A stretch of DNA of 64,000 bases from Spironucleus salmonicida (Eukaryota): positions 1,674,001 to 1,738,000 of the forward strand of contig NC_090596.1 of the NCBI RefSeq assembly GCF_000497125.1, given 5' to 3'. Below, piece by piece: positions 14,566 through 28,524 of this stretch. The number at the start of each line of letters is the position of its first letter. Position 1 is the stretch's first letter. Both the position numbers and the translations under genes were made by a program. The notes below the pieces were generated by a model, which saw only the letters and a program-made list of their open reading frames with translations, was not told the DNA's origin and did no database searches.

Positions 14566-15789
14566 ATGTATGGTTAACTATAAAAATTTAAATAACTTTA
14601 AGATATTTCACTTAGAGAAATTTAGAATATGAGTTTTGACATATTTGCATAGATTTCCTTTGTATTAGTTTAAGGAATTAATTTAAAACCAAGACTAGTA
14701 AAATTATACAATGATTGTTCCTGCATTTTATTACCAAAAAGAACGTCACTAAGTGAATCTTAGCGATACGAAATTTTTACCAGAGAAGATTATGAGGAGA
14801 AATTTTTTGAGCTTTTATAATTTGATACTTAAATCTAAGCAGGAAATCTTAAAATATAATAAGAACGTGAAAAATACATTTTATAATTGATTAAAGTTTA
14901 CAATAATGATACATTTATTAAATATTAGCAATCTTTAAAAACTTAAGCAAAAGAAAGGATCGTTTAAAAACAACAAGAAGCAGCCAATTAACTAGAAACT
15001 AAATATACATAACCTCAAGTACTCGAAAAACATATTGAAAAATAAGCTGCTTAATCTAAATTTTAACCAAAATCTATTCCGCCAAAATCATTGAACACAC
15101 GACCTTCTTCTTAACCATAACAATTAAATCAGCTAGAATAATAATTATTACAAACCAATTGCATACTTTAAAAACTGCCAGATTTTTATCAAGCACATAT
15201 GAGAAAACTAAATATAAACACATAAAAATAACCTTTATTGTATCTTTCAACTAAACAATTAGTGGTTCTATTGGATCAACTTATGAATTAAGAAAAATAA
15301 TTTATGATATTAAAAACACATGTTTAAAACTCAAAACTAAATTTCGAAAATTTATCAGAGAAATTACTTGGTCTAAGAAGAATTTCAGTTCAGTTTAATA
15401 AATTTTTAGAGTAGACTACAGAGTTGCCAAAAGAGTGTAGAACAATTTTGCTAGACGCGGGTAACAGACTTAAATTAGCGGATTAAGCTGCAGAAAAGAT
15501 CTAAAAAGGTACAAAAATTGATGTTGATAATTTAGTTTCTATAAGCGAACAATAAGAAAGAAGTATAATGAAAAACAACGAACTTAGATCTATAAGGTAT
15601 ACCGAAGATTTAGTAGATATAAGTCAGTAATTAAGGCGTATGCTATCGAAATAACGGGAAGGTGAATAAGTAGATTTGGAAGAAATACTTATAGATTTTG
15701 AGTAGAAACTCAACTAATTCATTTACAAACAATTGAATTGCAAAAATGATTAGGTAGAAAAGAGTATAATATAGACTATGTTTGAATGA
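14566..15789 (+). CDS. Hypothetical helical protein (407 aa)
   Basis: Fully translated open frame MYGQLQKF...IQTMFE-TGA. Confidence 0.75.
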
Positions 15790-15798
15790 ACAGTTATA

Positions 15799-17457
15799 TC
15801 ACTATTTCCCAAATACTGACTTAAATGCTGGAATATTTGATTTATAACCAGGTCTTGGTATACTCCGGAATGTACTTTATAGTGTATAACCTCCTCCTCC
15901 TGTTTCTACATATTTTCTATGAGGCGATACAGACTTTTTCTAATTTCGCATACGTGCATATCTATCTTAAGCTTCATTATTTCTTTTAATTTAAGCTTAT
16001 AAACCAAAATCCTGTAAGATACTGTTTTCGACATAATTTTCTTTTGGATCTATAACATTTTATTTTTCAACATCCCAATCCCAAATATTCTTTGAATGTT
16101 TCTATTTAAATCTTTAGGATTAAATTAGCTCTTCTCTAATAGGTGATGGAATACTTTATTTACCAATAACATCTACGACTCGCGTTTACTCCTCACCTAT
16201 GTCATATAAAGTATCACTAAATTAGCTTGCAGATCTACTATTTCTCCCACTTCGTTGGGAATATTCAGTATTACTATATGCTCGCGAACTAGATGGTCTA
16301 TTTGAAATTTTAGTAATCATAATACTTTCTTAAGTTTAATCTTGCATTTCTAACATTCTATCTTATAGCAGTTCACTACTATTCTTAATAGCTCCACCAT
16401 TGAGACAATTCAGCTGATGTAGCGATGAAAAAGACCGTGAAACTACATCAGCGGCAGTTGGGCGTTACCATTAATCTTAAAGCATTTTCATCAGAAACAC
16501 ACGCAAGTTCATTTCGATGCTTGCGAATTCAAAGTCTCTAACTTCACTATATTTCTTTAAAAATAACATTTCAATAACTACTAGAGCTAATGAATAAACA
16601 TCTGTTTTTTCGTTAAATTTTCCCTTGACTTACTCATTAGACATATATGCTGGCGTCCCGCACTTAGTCAGTTCAAAGTTTGTAACTTCTAATGTAGTAA
16701 ACTAGCGCTTTGGTGATCTAGAAACTGTATAAATTTATCCTGATTTGATTCTATCCTTGTCCGGTCGATTTTCATTAAATGATTTTTCAATTTTTTTTGC
16801 TGCAAAAACATTATTAATCTTATCATTTTATGAGTCAAACGAATAAGATGAGACATTTTAGTTAACAGGATTTTACTCTAAAAATGGAGTTTGAGATAAC
16901 TGACAATGACCAAAATCTGTTAAAATAAAATTGATATTGCATGACCTAGAAATATCATCCTCATCTATAAAATTTATATCTGCTGCCTTAGTTTCTGTAT
17001 ATATATCCTCCTCTAGTACAATATTGCCTGGTTTTATATCACAGAAAATAAACCCTTTTTTATGTATATGATCTAAGGCTTTTGAAATATGATACAGAAG
17101 ATACCAAGCATGATGAGTTTAAAACTTAAAATTATGCTTTCTATATCTTTAAATCTAATTTTTAAGATCACCAAGGGGATAATATCTTAGGGCTATTATA
17201 GACCGCTTTTCAAGGTATTTAAAACCATAAAAAACCGCTATATGCCCATGTGGTCCTAGTTATAGATATATTTTGGCCTCTTATGACGATTCTGATTTAT
17301 TAAGCTCGGAAGTAATGCGATATTTAAGAACTACAAAAGCACGTGTTGGAATGTGTAATGAAAATGATACCTTTCCAAAATTAGTTAAGTTATAGCTTCG
17401 TATCTCTCTAAAATCAGCTAATGAGGTAATTTTAAGTGAGTTAAATCGAATTTGCAT
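15799..17457 (-). CDS. Divergent Ser/Thr protein kinase, NEK-like (552 aa)
   Basis: VVLK, IFCDIKPGNIVL, DFGH, CGTPAYMSNE, KTDVYSLA and RPTAA motifs. Confidence 0.88.
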
Positions 17458-17509
17458 TTTCTGGAAAAATAAAATATTATAAATATATAATAACGTGTTT
17501 ATTTCATTT

Positions 17510-18040
17510 TCAATTTCTGTAAAAACTATCCAAAATTCTATATAATACACTTAGCAAACCAACTAATCCGCCAAAAAGTATCCCAATAAATAACGACTTG
17601 CCTGTAAATGAAGATGCTAGCATTCCGATAGTCGCCGCTATAATAAGACTTTCATACGGCATTCTCTATCTTTTACCAACTATATCTGTCTTAATGATAT
17701 ATTATGAATATGCAGCTAGCCCTAAAATTGTCCCAGGCCATGCTATGATAGAAAACCCTGGAGAATGTATATTAAAGAAAAATGCACTTAGAACTACTAA
17801 AATACATTTTGCAGTAACAACTCTTTTTTAACTAACAATAAGAGTCTTACTAGAAGCAGCTTTTCTAATATCCGAAATGTTGGGCATTCTTCTATCATTC
17901 ATGGCTTTACAAACAACATTTGCCTCCTCAGATAAAAATTTATCAATACGATTACCTAATGACATGAACTCTAGTTATGTCTTCTTTAATATTTTTTGAG
18001 AACCAGCCTATAAATTTTAACTTAAATCTGAAACCGACAT
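17510..18040 (-). CDS. Small multi-pass membrane protein (176 aa)
   Basis: MSVSDLSQ...; about 4 hydrophobic Gly/Ala-rich segments in the C-terminal half. Confidence 0.75.
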
Positions 18041-18088
18041 GATTAAAAAGAAATGAAAAATTTATATAATATTATTGAGTAAATACAA

Positions 18089-21000
18089 TCACTTCATTCC
18101 ACTACGACGTGCCGCAGAAACTTTCAGTGCACTTCCTATTCCTTTTGTACCAACCGTGCTATAAAATGAACTCATAAGATCATTTTTTGGAAGCTTTCCT
18201 TACCGTATTCCAAGTAAGTCTTATCTAAATGTTGACTATCTTCTATTTTAAATTAACTGAGTCTCGAAAAATTTATTGCCATAACCCTATAATATTCCCA
18301 GCTATTCGATCATGTCCTTTAATGTATCTTTACTTTATGCATCTCTATATAATTAGACTTATTCGATTTCACCAGTCATTAATTCTACTGCCTATTAAGA
18401 TAACATCATACTAGTTAGACTATCGTCCTATAACTTAGACTATTAAGATCTTAGCATTATTTCAGATAATAACTAGTCGTTTAACTTTTGTTTATCTGTA
18501 ATACCTGTGTAATTTTTATTAGGCGATACCAGTTTTTATTGTTAATTCATTTCTTCATTATGTTTATTATATACAATGCCATTTAAATTATTGAATGATT
18601 CAACATCCTATTGTAAATTTTATTATGTATCCTTATAGCTAGAAAATTCTAATGAATCAGGTCTTGAAACGAGTTCATTTAAGATTTTATCGTCAGATAA
18701 TGTATTATTATCTCCTTATTCTTCTAATTTATCTTCTCTAATATTTAAATTTGCCACGGTATCGCTTTTAGCAACTTTTCCAAGTAATTTACTTAAAAAT
18801 GATTTCTTAGCAATATTATTACTAGCAATTTCGGCTAAATTTTTCTCGCTGGCGTCAGAAGTGGTAGCAGTTTAACCATTCTGGTTCTTACCACTGGCAT
18901 CAGAAGTGGTAGCAGTTTAACCATTCTGGTTCTTACCACTGGCGTCAGAAGTGGTAGCAGTTTAACCATTCTGGTTCTTACCACTGGCATCAGAAGTGGT
19001 AGCAGTTTAACCATTCTGGTTCTTACCACTGGCATCAGAAGTGGTAGCAGTTTAACCATTCTGGTTCTTACCACTGGCATCAGAAGTGGTAGCAGTTTAA
19101 CCATTCTGGTTCTTACCACTGGCATCAGAAGTGGTAGCAGTTTAACCATTCTGGTTCTTACCACTGGCATCAGAAGTGGTAGCAGTTTAACCATTCTGGT
19201 TCTTACCACTGGCATCAGAAGTGGTAGCAGTTTAACCATTCTGGTTCTTACCACTGGCATCAGAAGTGGTAGCAGTTTAACCATTCTGGTTCTTACCATT
19301 GGTGTCAGAAGCGGCAGTATTAATATCTTTTTACGAATTCACAGTCATAACTATATCAGATTAGTCTAAACTGGACACAGTGTTTTTAATACCACTAACT
19401 TCACATTCTAATTCATACAATTCATCTTACAATTTTTATTTTAATTACGCATCTTACTCTAAAGATTATAATTGACCTGAATAAATCGTTGTGGTTTCTA
19501 GTTATTTTTATTCAAGTGTAATTTATGGTTTCGATAGCTATTCAACGGTAACCAAATTTTAATTTCCTGTCTACTCTTACATATTTTCTTGTTATTACTT
19601 TTACAAAATATCCTCTGAAATTTAATTGTTAATAATATCTTTTTGAATATTATTCTAAATACTAGGAATTTCAGGCTAATGTTAGTTGACCTTACTTTAT
19701 ACTTATTACATAGATGGCGATTTTAACACATTTTTCTTACTGCTTTTAGAATCATCATTTATACCTGAAATATCCGGAGACTTCATATCTTAAACAAGCT
19801 ATGATGAATCTTTCCTAGATGGTGACTTTGGTACTTTAGTGAGCCCTAATTCTTCAAATACTATTTTATTAATAATTTATTGCGAAATTTTATTCTTTTT
19901 AACTACAAAATTTTCAGAAATTCTTTTAATCAAATCTTAAACAATTTTTTCTTAGTCAAATTTACTTTTTATTAATTAAATATTCGCATACTTTGGATTT
20001 TATTTTTATATTCTTATCATTACTGGCAAAATAATATCCTTATAATTAATTGCTAAAGGAGAATCATCAATAAATTAAATCGAATCTTATTATTGCGCCT
20101 ATAAAATAGGTGATTAAATATCTACTTAAGGTTCGTGTAAATTTAAATCTTCTTATTTGAGTGATTCTTTTAAAGGTTATTTAGGTGGTCGTTGGGGTAA
20201 ATTAAGATCAATCGGTACTCTTTTCTTTTAGTTTTCATTTAATTCTAAATCAACACTATTTTCTTTTTCAGTATCAGTATCATAATACTCTATAATCTCC
20301 TCTTCGATAATATCTTCTGTAACGTATTCTCCATCTTCGTCATCATTATCTCCACGAACATGAAATTCAATAAATTCATACTAATCCACTTTATTATTAG
20401 GATCATTATCTTCAAATATTTCTACATGTTGTGAAATATCCTAAACTTATTCACCATCATGTGTTTCATCTTTAATTAACTTTTAATGCTATGAAGATAT
20501 TACCGGATCTGATACGGTCTAGATAGGTTAATAATTTGAAATATTAGTATGATCCATAATTCTTTAAGTGTCAATAATACTATTGTTCTTCGTAATATCA
20601 ATTCGTGAGTTATCAGTTCTAACTGATTCAATAATTGGTAGGCCACTAAGATCAATTTAGTTGCTTAATAATTTCTGTTCGATATCATCAAAAACTTTAA
20701 ATTGTTTTTCGCTCTCCTCTTATAAGTTTTAAAGCATTTACCCTAAATTTTTACTAGAAAATGAATCCAAACTTGAAGATGTATCAGATTTATTTTGTGA
20801 AGTCATTGACTACATGCTATTTGGGTTTGTTGGTTTAATAGCTTACATTAAAGCTGATAATCCTCCAACCTAATAAAGGCAACATTTTTAAAAATAATCT
20901 ACCATTTAATCAATCTTTACACTCAATAAATCCATTAAACTCATATTCTTATTTACCTCATCTTGAAGCTCAATTTCTAATACTTCACATATTTTGGCTT

Positions 21001-23143
21001 CCGAAATTTCTAAAAAATTAATTTAAGTATCCAAAAGGTGATGCATTTATGATAAAAATCTAGTTTCTGTTGATTTTGTAGAAAAGAATAACCGTATTGA
21101 ATCAATTTGGGAAAAATCTAAATTAAACTCATCTCTAACTGATCCAAATAGTTATATTAATTTAGGATTAATAAAAGAAATCTCATTATACAAAAATTCT
21201 ACACTACCTAAGTCAAAATTAGCGCCTTATTAAGAAATTCTAATATTATCAACGTTAACACGCATAAAATTAACTAATTCTTCATCTAAGTGAGAAATTT
21301 CTTCATCTGGAATATTAATATTAATGCATAATAAAATATACTCATCAATTGTTCTCATAATTTTATAATGATTAAAATAAAGCTTGAACTTATCTTAAAC
21401 TTCTCTAATTTATACATTGCTTAACATAACATCAATCGGTTTCATTGACTTGCTTAATGTTTCAAACGTTTATGACTTATTTACAATGCTTGTTAAAACC
21501 CTACTAGCTGATTCAGCTTTCGGACTAAATAAACTATTCTGCATAAAATTTTCTATATTTGGTATTCTAGTTTAAATTTTTCGTTTGCTTACATCATTAG
21601 TATCAAAATGTACTGATTTATTCATGGATTTATCCATTTCTTTAATACTTAAACTCTGATTGACTTTTCTGTCTTATATCTTATCAATTTTTGGTAGGTG
21701 TAAGGTTCCAAAATTCTCACCACAATATATGCTAACTGGTGCTGTATTTTAGCTAGTATCTTCATTATACGTATAAACTTGATCTTCAGCATCTAACATA
21801 ACTAGCCAATTAGGAGAGGATAAAATTGATGTCATCTTCGCTCCAGCGTTTGGATGAACTATTACCTTGGAATGAGCAAGTGAAAACCCATTCTTTTCCT
21901 ACTCAATTCGGAATACTGTTAACAAATTAGATTCTGTGGAACCAACAAATGCATATCTATTACATTACGATAAAGTGATGATATCAGGTCTATAATCAAC
22001 TTTCGCAGCGGCCATAAACTTTTTAGTTGAGAACAAAAATACATTATTCTCTGTAAAAACACTGGTTGGCAGAGAGCTAATAAGTGAACTATCCATTTAC
22101 TTTTCTGGAATATTTATGAATGATTCATTTAGTACAGGATTGAAAGAAATAGAATAAATGAACAAAAAATGTTCGTCTCCCGATTTTGAAGATTTGAACT
22201 AAATAGGCTAAAATTAACTAAACAAAACATCTTAACCTAATTTTAACTATTCTGGTACAAATTATAAAGGAAACAAATTTTTTAAATATGAATAACGCGA
22301 CTTGATCTATCCTAAGTTAGGACTTAATTCGCGCAAATTAAGGAAATTTTATTATTTTCCAGGCATAAAATATTCCCAAATATCTATTCCTGCATATCTA
22401 TCATATACTAGCAATACACCGCTTTTATTAGGTTAAACTGATTGCAAAATACCACTCGTTTTACTAAAAATTGCACCTCTTCCATCGATACAAATTTTTT
22501 ATGGTTCCAGCATCCTTGAATGCTATACACTCGTATGTTTGAACTTCTAAATCGGCTGATGGATTTCTGAATAATTGAACACACAAATTGATTGTGTTTT
22601 ACGATCGAACCCAACAAGATAATCAAAAGATATAGGACAGATGACTGACATATCTTTAAACTAGTCAATAAATCGTGTCATTTATGGCAGCTCATTTGGG
22701 CGTAGCGCGAACTAAAAATTTTGGATTTGGTTATCTTTAGAAACTTAAAACTAAAAATATTTAAGTGGTATTCTGAAAAGCTAATTGTCTACTCCATTAC
22801 TAATAGTAACGTAGAATGCCTCTTGCTTTGTTTAACGTGCAAAATGAACTGCTTAGATTTTACATTGGTCAACTATTGGTGTATGAAATTCAATTATGAA
22901 GTCCTTTGTTGCCAAGGGGGTTTGAACAAGTGCTTAGGATGACTAGATTTGTTTAGTTGCTAAAGAACGCTAGAGTGCCCTAACATACAATTTGTTATCT
23001 TGATAGTGAATAATAAATTCTGAAGTTGTAGTTGTATGTACTGGTGATATATCTATTAATAGCATTGGTTTATAGTTTTATACCAACTATGAATTGGTGA
23101 TTTACTGCAATCTTGACATAATTGACTCCGCAGTCTTACTCAT
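18089..23143 (-). CDS. Very large protein (1684 aa): beta-rich N-terminus, helical middle, long acidic/low-complexity tail with 15-aa repeats
   Basis: MSKTAESIMS... to RRSGMK-TGA. Frame checked at the 5' end, the middle, the repeat and the 3' end. Confidence 0.75.
18851..19320 (-). repeat. Coding minisatellite: 10 x 45 nt plus a degenerate partial copy, encoding (SGKNQNGQTATTSDA)n
   Basis: Unit on + is ggcatcagaagtggtagcagtttaaccattctggttcttaccact, spanning 18851-19300. Copies at 18851 and 18941 have ggcgtc. Confidence 0.98.
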
Positions 23144-23322
23144 AATTTTTAAGAAGCAAAAATTTGAAAATATATAATTATAAATAAATAATTTAGTTAA
23201 TATAGTTTAATATATTGAATGTATTATTATTATTATATATGAATAAATGAATGGAATTAAAATATAATATAATATGTTTCTAATTTAATAATAATAATTT
23301 TTCTGTAGAAAGTTACCAAGAT

Positions 23323-24024
23323 ATGTAATATAATATTAGAAACACTAGTTGTATGATCAGTAAAATGTCATAATCTCCTGCCCCAAATACCTACTCGTTA
23401 CCAAGTACAGCTAATCCAAAAAATATCACACTCTCTGGACGGCATGATATATTATATAAAAATGAATATCCTAGTCCAACAGCCTATACATTATCATCTA
23501 CTCTTAATACTACAAAAGCATCTACACTAGCCTCAAGAACCAACTAAATTATAAAGGCAAAGTCTCCTGGTCCTACTGCATATTATCCAGTAAAATAAGG
23601 AAGATCTTCATCACCAACACTTGGCACTAGAACTGCTTATCCTGGTACCCTTGATTGGGACTTGAAGAGTAGAATCAGCAATACTTCCTAAAATTTTTAC
23701 GATATATAATCAAAGAGATCGACTATCTCTTCCAGTTTTGGGAAAAGAGTTACTCTTAAGTCAGATGAAACTGGGCCTGGTCCAGCAAAGTATAGTAATA
23801 GAGATGTAAATATAAATGTTATTAGACCATAAAGTCCTAGTTACACTCTAAGAGGACGAATGCGAAATATTGAATTTGAAAATACTCTCAAAAACAGTAA
23901 TGTTGGTCCAGCAAGTTATAATGTTAGTGGGAGGAATAGTAGAGGAAAAGATTCCATATCTAAAAATTAAAGTATTAGTTTAAAAGGAAGGCCAACTAAT
24001 CGTGGTATTATGGTGTTTGTATGA
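23323..24024 (+). CDS. SHIPPO/ODF3-type PGP-repeat axonemal protein (about 233 aa; in-frame ATGs also at 23251 and 23353)
   Basis: Repeats SPAPNTY, PSPTAY, SPGPTAY, GPGPAKY and VGPASY. Confidence 0.88.
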
Positions 24025-24166
24025 TTTTCAACTCATGTATATTTTAAGTTTTGATAATATATTTAAAATTACCTTCTATTATATTTGTGATTTAACCAAT
24101 TTATATATGCAATATATTCTACTAATATTCTACTGTATATTTAAAATTAAATCAACCACTTCATTA

Positions 24167-25498
24167 ATGTTTACTCAGCATCGTGATAATTTATATAAAG
24201 CCATCGGTACTGAGTGCGCTTTCCTATCATCCGGAGTATCACAGTGTAGATATGATACAGATAGAGATATTTAATTCCGCTAGGAATCCAATTTTTACTA
24301 TTTCACTGGTTATACAGAACCTGATTGCTTTGCGTTATTTAATGGTGAGGCCAAGTCTGCTACATTATTTATTCCTAAATTAGGAGCTGACCATGCTCTT
24401 TGGGTAGGTAAAATAGAACCAAATGAATCCATAGAAGCCAGACTTTCTATTAAGGTATTGTTTATTGAAGAATTAGAGAAAGAACTCGGCACTCTTTAAA
24501 ATAAAACTTTTCATATTATACAAGATATACCAACCATTCCTAATTATAAAGTACCTAACCCAGTAAACGATCTTAAATCTATCTCTGGGGAACTTAGATT
24601 AATTAAGGATTCTGAAGAGATTAAAAATTTAGAATTATCTTCAATCGCCAATAAAGAAGCTTTTACTTTTATAATGTCTAACTTTAAAGCTGGTATGTAT
24701 GAATATGAAGTAGAAGGTATGCATAAGTATATAGTTGCCAAGCATGGATGTAAAGTGGAAAGCTTTGAGTGTATTACAGCTACTGGTTCTAATGCTAGTA
24801 CACTGCATTGGGTTAATAATTCTTTTTAATCTAAGGCGGGTGATACGTTTTTATGTGATGCTGGATGTGAATATAATCTGTATGCATCGGATAATACTAG
24901 AGTTTTCCCAGTTTCCAAACGTTTTACTTAGAAGTAGGAAAATTTATACGAAACTGTTCTTACTTCAAATAAGGTAGCAATCGCTTCTATTAAACCAGGT
25001 ATTAAAATGGAAGAATTACATTTGATAGCGTTAGCTGAAATATTAAAGGGTTTAAGAAAGCATGGTCTTGTTAAAGAAGAACTAAGCTTTGATGAGTAGA
25101 TGAGTATTGGCATTCCATGTATATTTTAACCTCATGGGTTAGGTCATCTTATGGGTTTAGATGTTCATGATATTGGAGCCTTTACCGATTAATTTAAGAG
25201 AAGTACAGATCCCAGGTGTGCTAGACTCAGAACTACCAGAATAATGGTCGAGGGTATGGTTATTACTATTGAACCTGGTCTCTATTTTATTGATGGTTTC
25301 TTAGATGCTGCTAAAGTTGACCCTAAAAAATCTTAACATTTAAACTTTGATGTTATTGAAGAATATAGAAAAGAATGTGGTGGATATAGAATCGAAGACG
25401 ATATATTAGTTACTAAAGATGGTCACTATATCTTCCCTTCTGCTGTTAAAGAAATTTAGGATATTTATAAGCTTAGAGATTAAGCTTTTTCTGAATGA
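24167..25498 (+). CDS. PEPD: Xaa-Pro dipeptidase / prolidase, M24B (443 aa)
   Basis: FRQESNFYYFTG, DAGCEYNLYASD, PHGLGHLMGLDVHD, TIEPGLYF and GGYRIEDD. Confidence 0.95.
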
Positions 25499-25576
25499 AT
25501 GAATCCATTATTATTTCAATATATTAAAAATCTAAATTTTATTTTAATTAAAATTACCTATTTAAATTATACTATT

Positions 25577-27049
25577 ATGATATATTTTTTATATTATCAA
25601 TAAATGAATTGCATTTAGATAAATTATGTTGCCTTCTTTTTGTTTAATAGTTCATTTGAACTTTAGTTTAACTTATTGGAAACCTGTAATAATTTATAAG
25701 TAGCATCAGGATTAATTAGTCTTCAAAGTCAGCGCGACTTTCCATTAGTAACAATAGAAGTAACTTCCTAATTTTTCTAACTCGGCGATAACAAGCTATA
25801 TTTTACACTTGCACCGAATTAATTTTATTATTTTCAATCAGCCTCGCTATTTCTTTTTTCGCCTTTGGATAATACAAGTTATTCTAGTAACTTTAATGTT
25901 AGTAAATATTATGACAAAAAAGGCATTTTTAACATTACTATGTTGTAAATTTAACCAACAATTTCTATTAGAATATAACTTAGCTTTTTTGGTCTTAGTG
26001 GTTTTACATTATCACGAATTCTTGTTGGTGATGTCTAGTTGGATAATACTATTTGTGTTGGATTTGGGACAATTACATCCTTGGTTGATATTACATGCAA
26101 TTTAGTAGCTGCTAGTTTTTAAATATCATAAGCGCTATAACATTTGCTAAATTTTCCTTTTATTCCTATACTTATTACAGCTACAAAAGATAAACTTATT
26201 TTCGAGGATAGTATAAAATCATAATTAATATCAGATTAAACAGGAAATTGTTTGTCTAACCCAATATTTTTAATAACAAATCAGAACCTTTAAGTATTAG
26301 TTGATACATAGCCAACTTTTAAGTGTAAGGAGCAGGTAAAATCAGCGTATGTTTAAATTAATATAACTGGGACTTTAGATATTATTACTATCAGCAATAC
26401 GTTTTATTCATTTAAACCATTTACAATTGATAATTAAGTTTCCTTTTTCTTCTCTCTATCTCGAGAATAATCATTGGTATTAACTAGTCTATAATAATTT
26501 CTAACTACAACATTGTTGATCAATTATAATTTTCCTTTCGAATAATAATAATTCTATTAAGTTATCAACATTTAAAATATAACTGAGGCAAGTTTATTGT
26601 TTTATACTATGAAATTTAATAAATAAAAAATATAGATTGTATATGAAAATGGGTTGCTAATACAGTTAGCTAAAGAAATATCTGTTATGCTCTTTTTCAA
26701 TTCTAGCTAAGATCCTTATATATTTCTAAACTAATCGGCGTCATTATATAGAACAAATGTTTTAACCTTTAAATAAGAAAATATTCATTTAAAATATTCA
26801 ACTACGTAGTAATATATCAATAACATTGATATGAAGATAATTAATAATAAAATATTATCAGCAACAAGTTTGCTAGTTGGTATAAATGGTGCTGGAGGTG
26901 TTAATGTAGTATCCACAATTATAAATTTAAATTAATACTTGAATACAGATCTATTAATATTAATCCTATTCATAGCTATTATTCAATTATTATTCTGCTT
27001 ATTATATTTTGCAATAAATAAAAATAGTTATTTGTATATTAGAAACTGA
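25577..27049 (+). CDS. Type I membrane / surface protein (490 aa)
   Basis: Open frame with a beta-rich ectodomain carrying many N-x-S/T sites. C-terminal TM LLILILFIAIIQLLFCLLYFAI and a short tail. Confidence 0.75.
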
Positions 27050-27059
27050 GCAAATTAAA

Positions 27060-27365
27060 TCACTCGTAATAATTATACTCTGTTTGCTCATTTTTCATCC
27101 ACTTATTCGTAATATTTTATTTCTGTTTTACAGTAGTATAAAGGTCTTTAATCCTTGTTAATTCAAATTAATTTTTATGAAGATCTTTATTAACAGATAA
27201 GTATGTTATTTTTTAATATTCTGATTTTTTTGTAAAATTTAGTTTTCTATTAGCAAACCTATCCTCATAATCTTTTATTGACTCAAATTATTGTTCATAG
27301 CTTTCTATATCAGACAAATTATTTTTGTTAAAATAACTATAAATAATTCCGCCATTTTATTTCAT
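27060..27365 (-). CDS. Hypothetical protein (101 aa), in the same frame as the upstream ORF
   Basis: MKQNGGIIYSYF...EYNYYE-TGA. Confidence 0.5.
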
Positions 27366-27377
27366 TTTGGAAAGGAC

Positions 27378-27770
27378 TCACTTGAGATGAAAATATACAC
27401 GTGATTAAACGCTTTATTTTGTAAATGGGCTTTTATAGTTCGAAGGATCTTCTATCATTATCAAATTATCGTTATTAGTTCTGATTGACTGATATTGATT
27501 CTTGTTAAGATAACTTAAGTCATTAAACACTGTTTAACGATTTATGTGATACTTAACTTATTCATCTATACGAAGATAGTTATTTTACATATGTTAAGCC
27601 GGGATAATTTACTACTTAATCTATTATTATAAACAAAATTATATTGAACTTTTATCTTTTTTAATATCACATAAAACACCTTTATCTTGTGTTTAAATAG
27701 CATACTTTTTATACTTTTTATGTGATAATTCTACGCTTTGCTTAGGTATTTTTATTTAGCTAATATTCAT
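27378..27770 (-). CDS. Hypothetical protein (130 aa); may continue through TGA to 27060
   Basis: MNISQIKIPK...VYFHLK-TGA, followed in frame by VLSK-M. Confidence 0.55.
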
Positions 27771-28191
27771 TTTTCTAATAAATATATATTGTTATATATA
27801 GTTATTACATTTAAATAATAGTATAACAAATCTAAACATACACGATATTTTTTAAAATCATCTTGTTAAATGTGAAGTTTATTTAATTATATAAAAAGTC
27901 ATATTTTCTATTAGTAAGTAAATGTTTATTTGTTATATTCTTAATTTAGTGAATTATGGGTTAATATAGTTTATAAATATTAAGTTTAAAATTTTGTTTC
28001 GATACTATTTTTGAAAAAATAAAATTTACTGTTAATATCTTAACAATTACAGCCTTATATCACTTATCAAGTATTGATGATTACCTTATATTATCATATT
28101 CTAATCAAATTAATTTATATGTAATAAAACTAATTTGTAGCCAATATTTTTCACACTAACTAAACTATTATCATTATATGTTAACATTATT

Positions 28192-28524
28192 ATGAAATAT
28201 TTATGCATTACTTAGAATGAAGTTATGCTCAATAATAAAACTAAAATAATTTTGCACAGCAATGTAGTTATCTTTTCTTTACAAAACAGTAATAAAGATA
28301 GTTTAAATTATGGATAAATAAAATTTTTATGTATAAAAAATGATGGTGAAAGCTTTAGAGACTTTCAAATATTTATTTTTCCTGAAATAGATAGTGTAAA
28401 ATAAATTGTATCAAATAATAGAACATACACTAATATGATTTATAAATAACGTTGTTTAAGAACTTAGAATTTCTTTATAAAATTATTATATATATATATA
28501 TTGATTTTAACACAGTTTAAATGA
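28192..28524 (+). CDS. Possible 110-aa ORF in an AT-rich gap
   Basis: MKYLCITQNEV...TQFK-TGA. No motif, and ORFs of this size arise by chance in a one-stop code. Confidence 0.25.

Noticed and set aside
18835-19299. Track ORF (MVRTRMVKLLPLL)n, or a CRISPR-like array
   Set aside because: The ORF is an alternative frame of the minisatellite inside the 1684-aa gene. The repeats are contiguous with no spacers and there are no cas genes.
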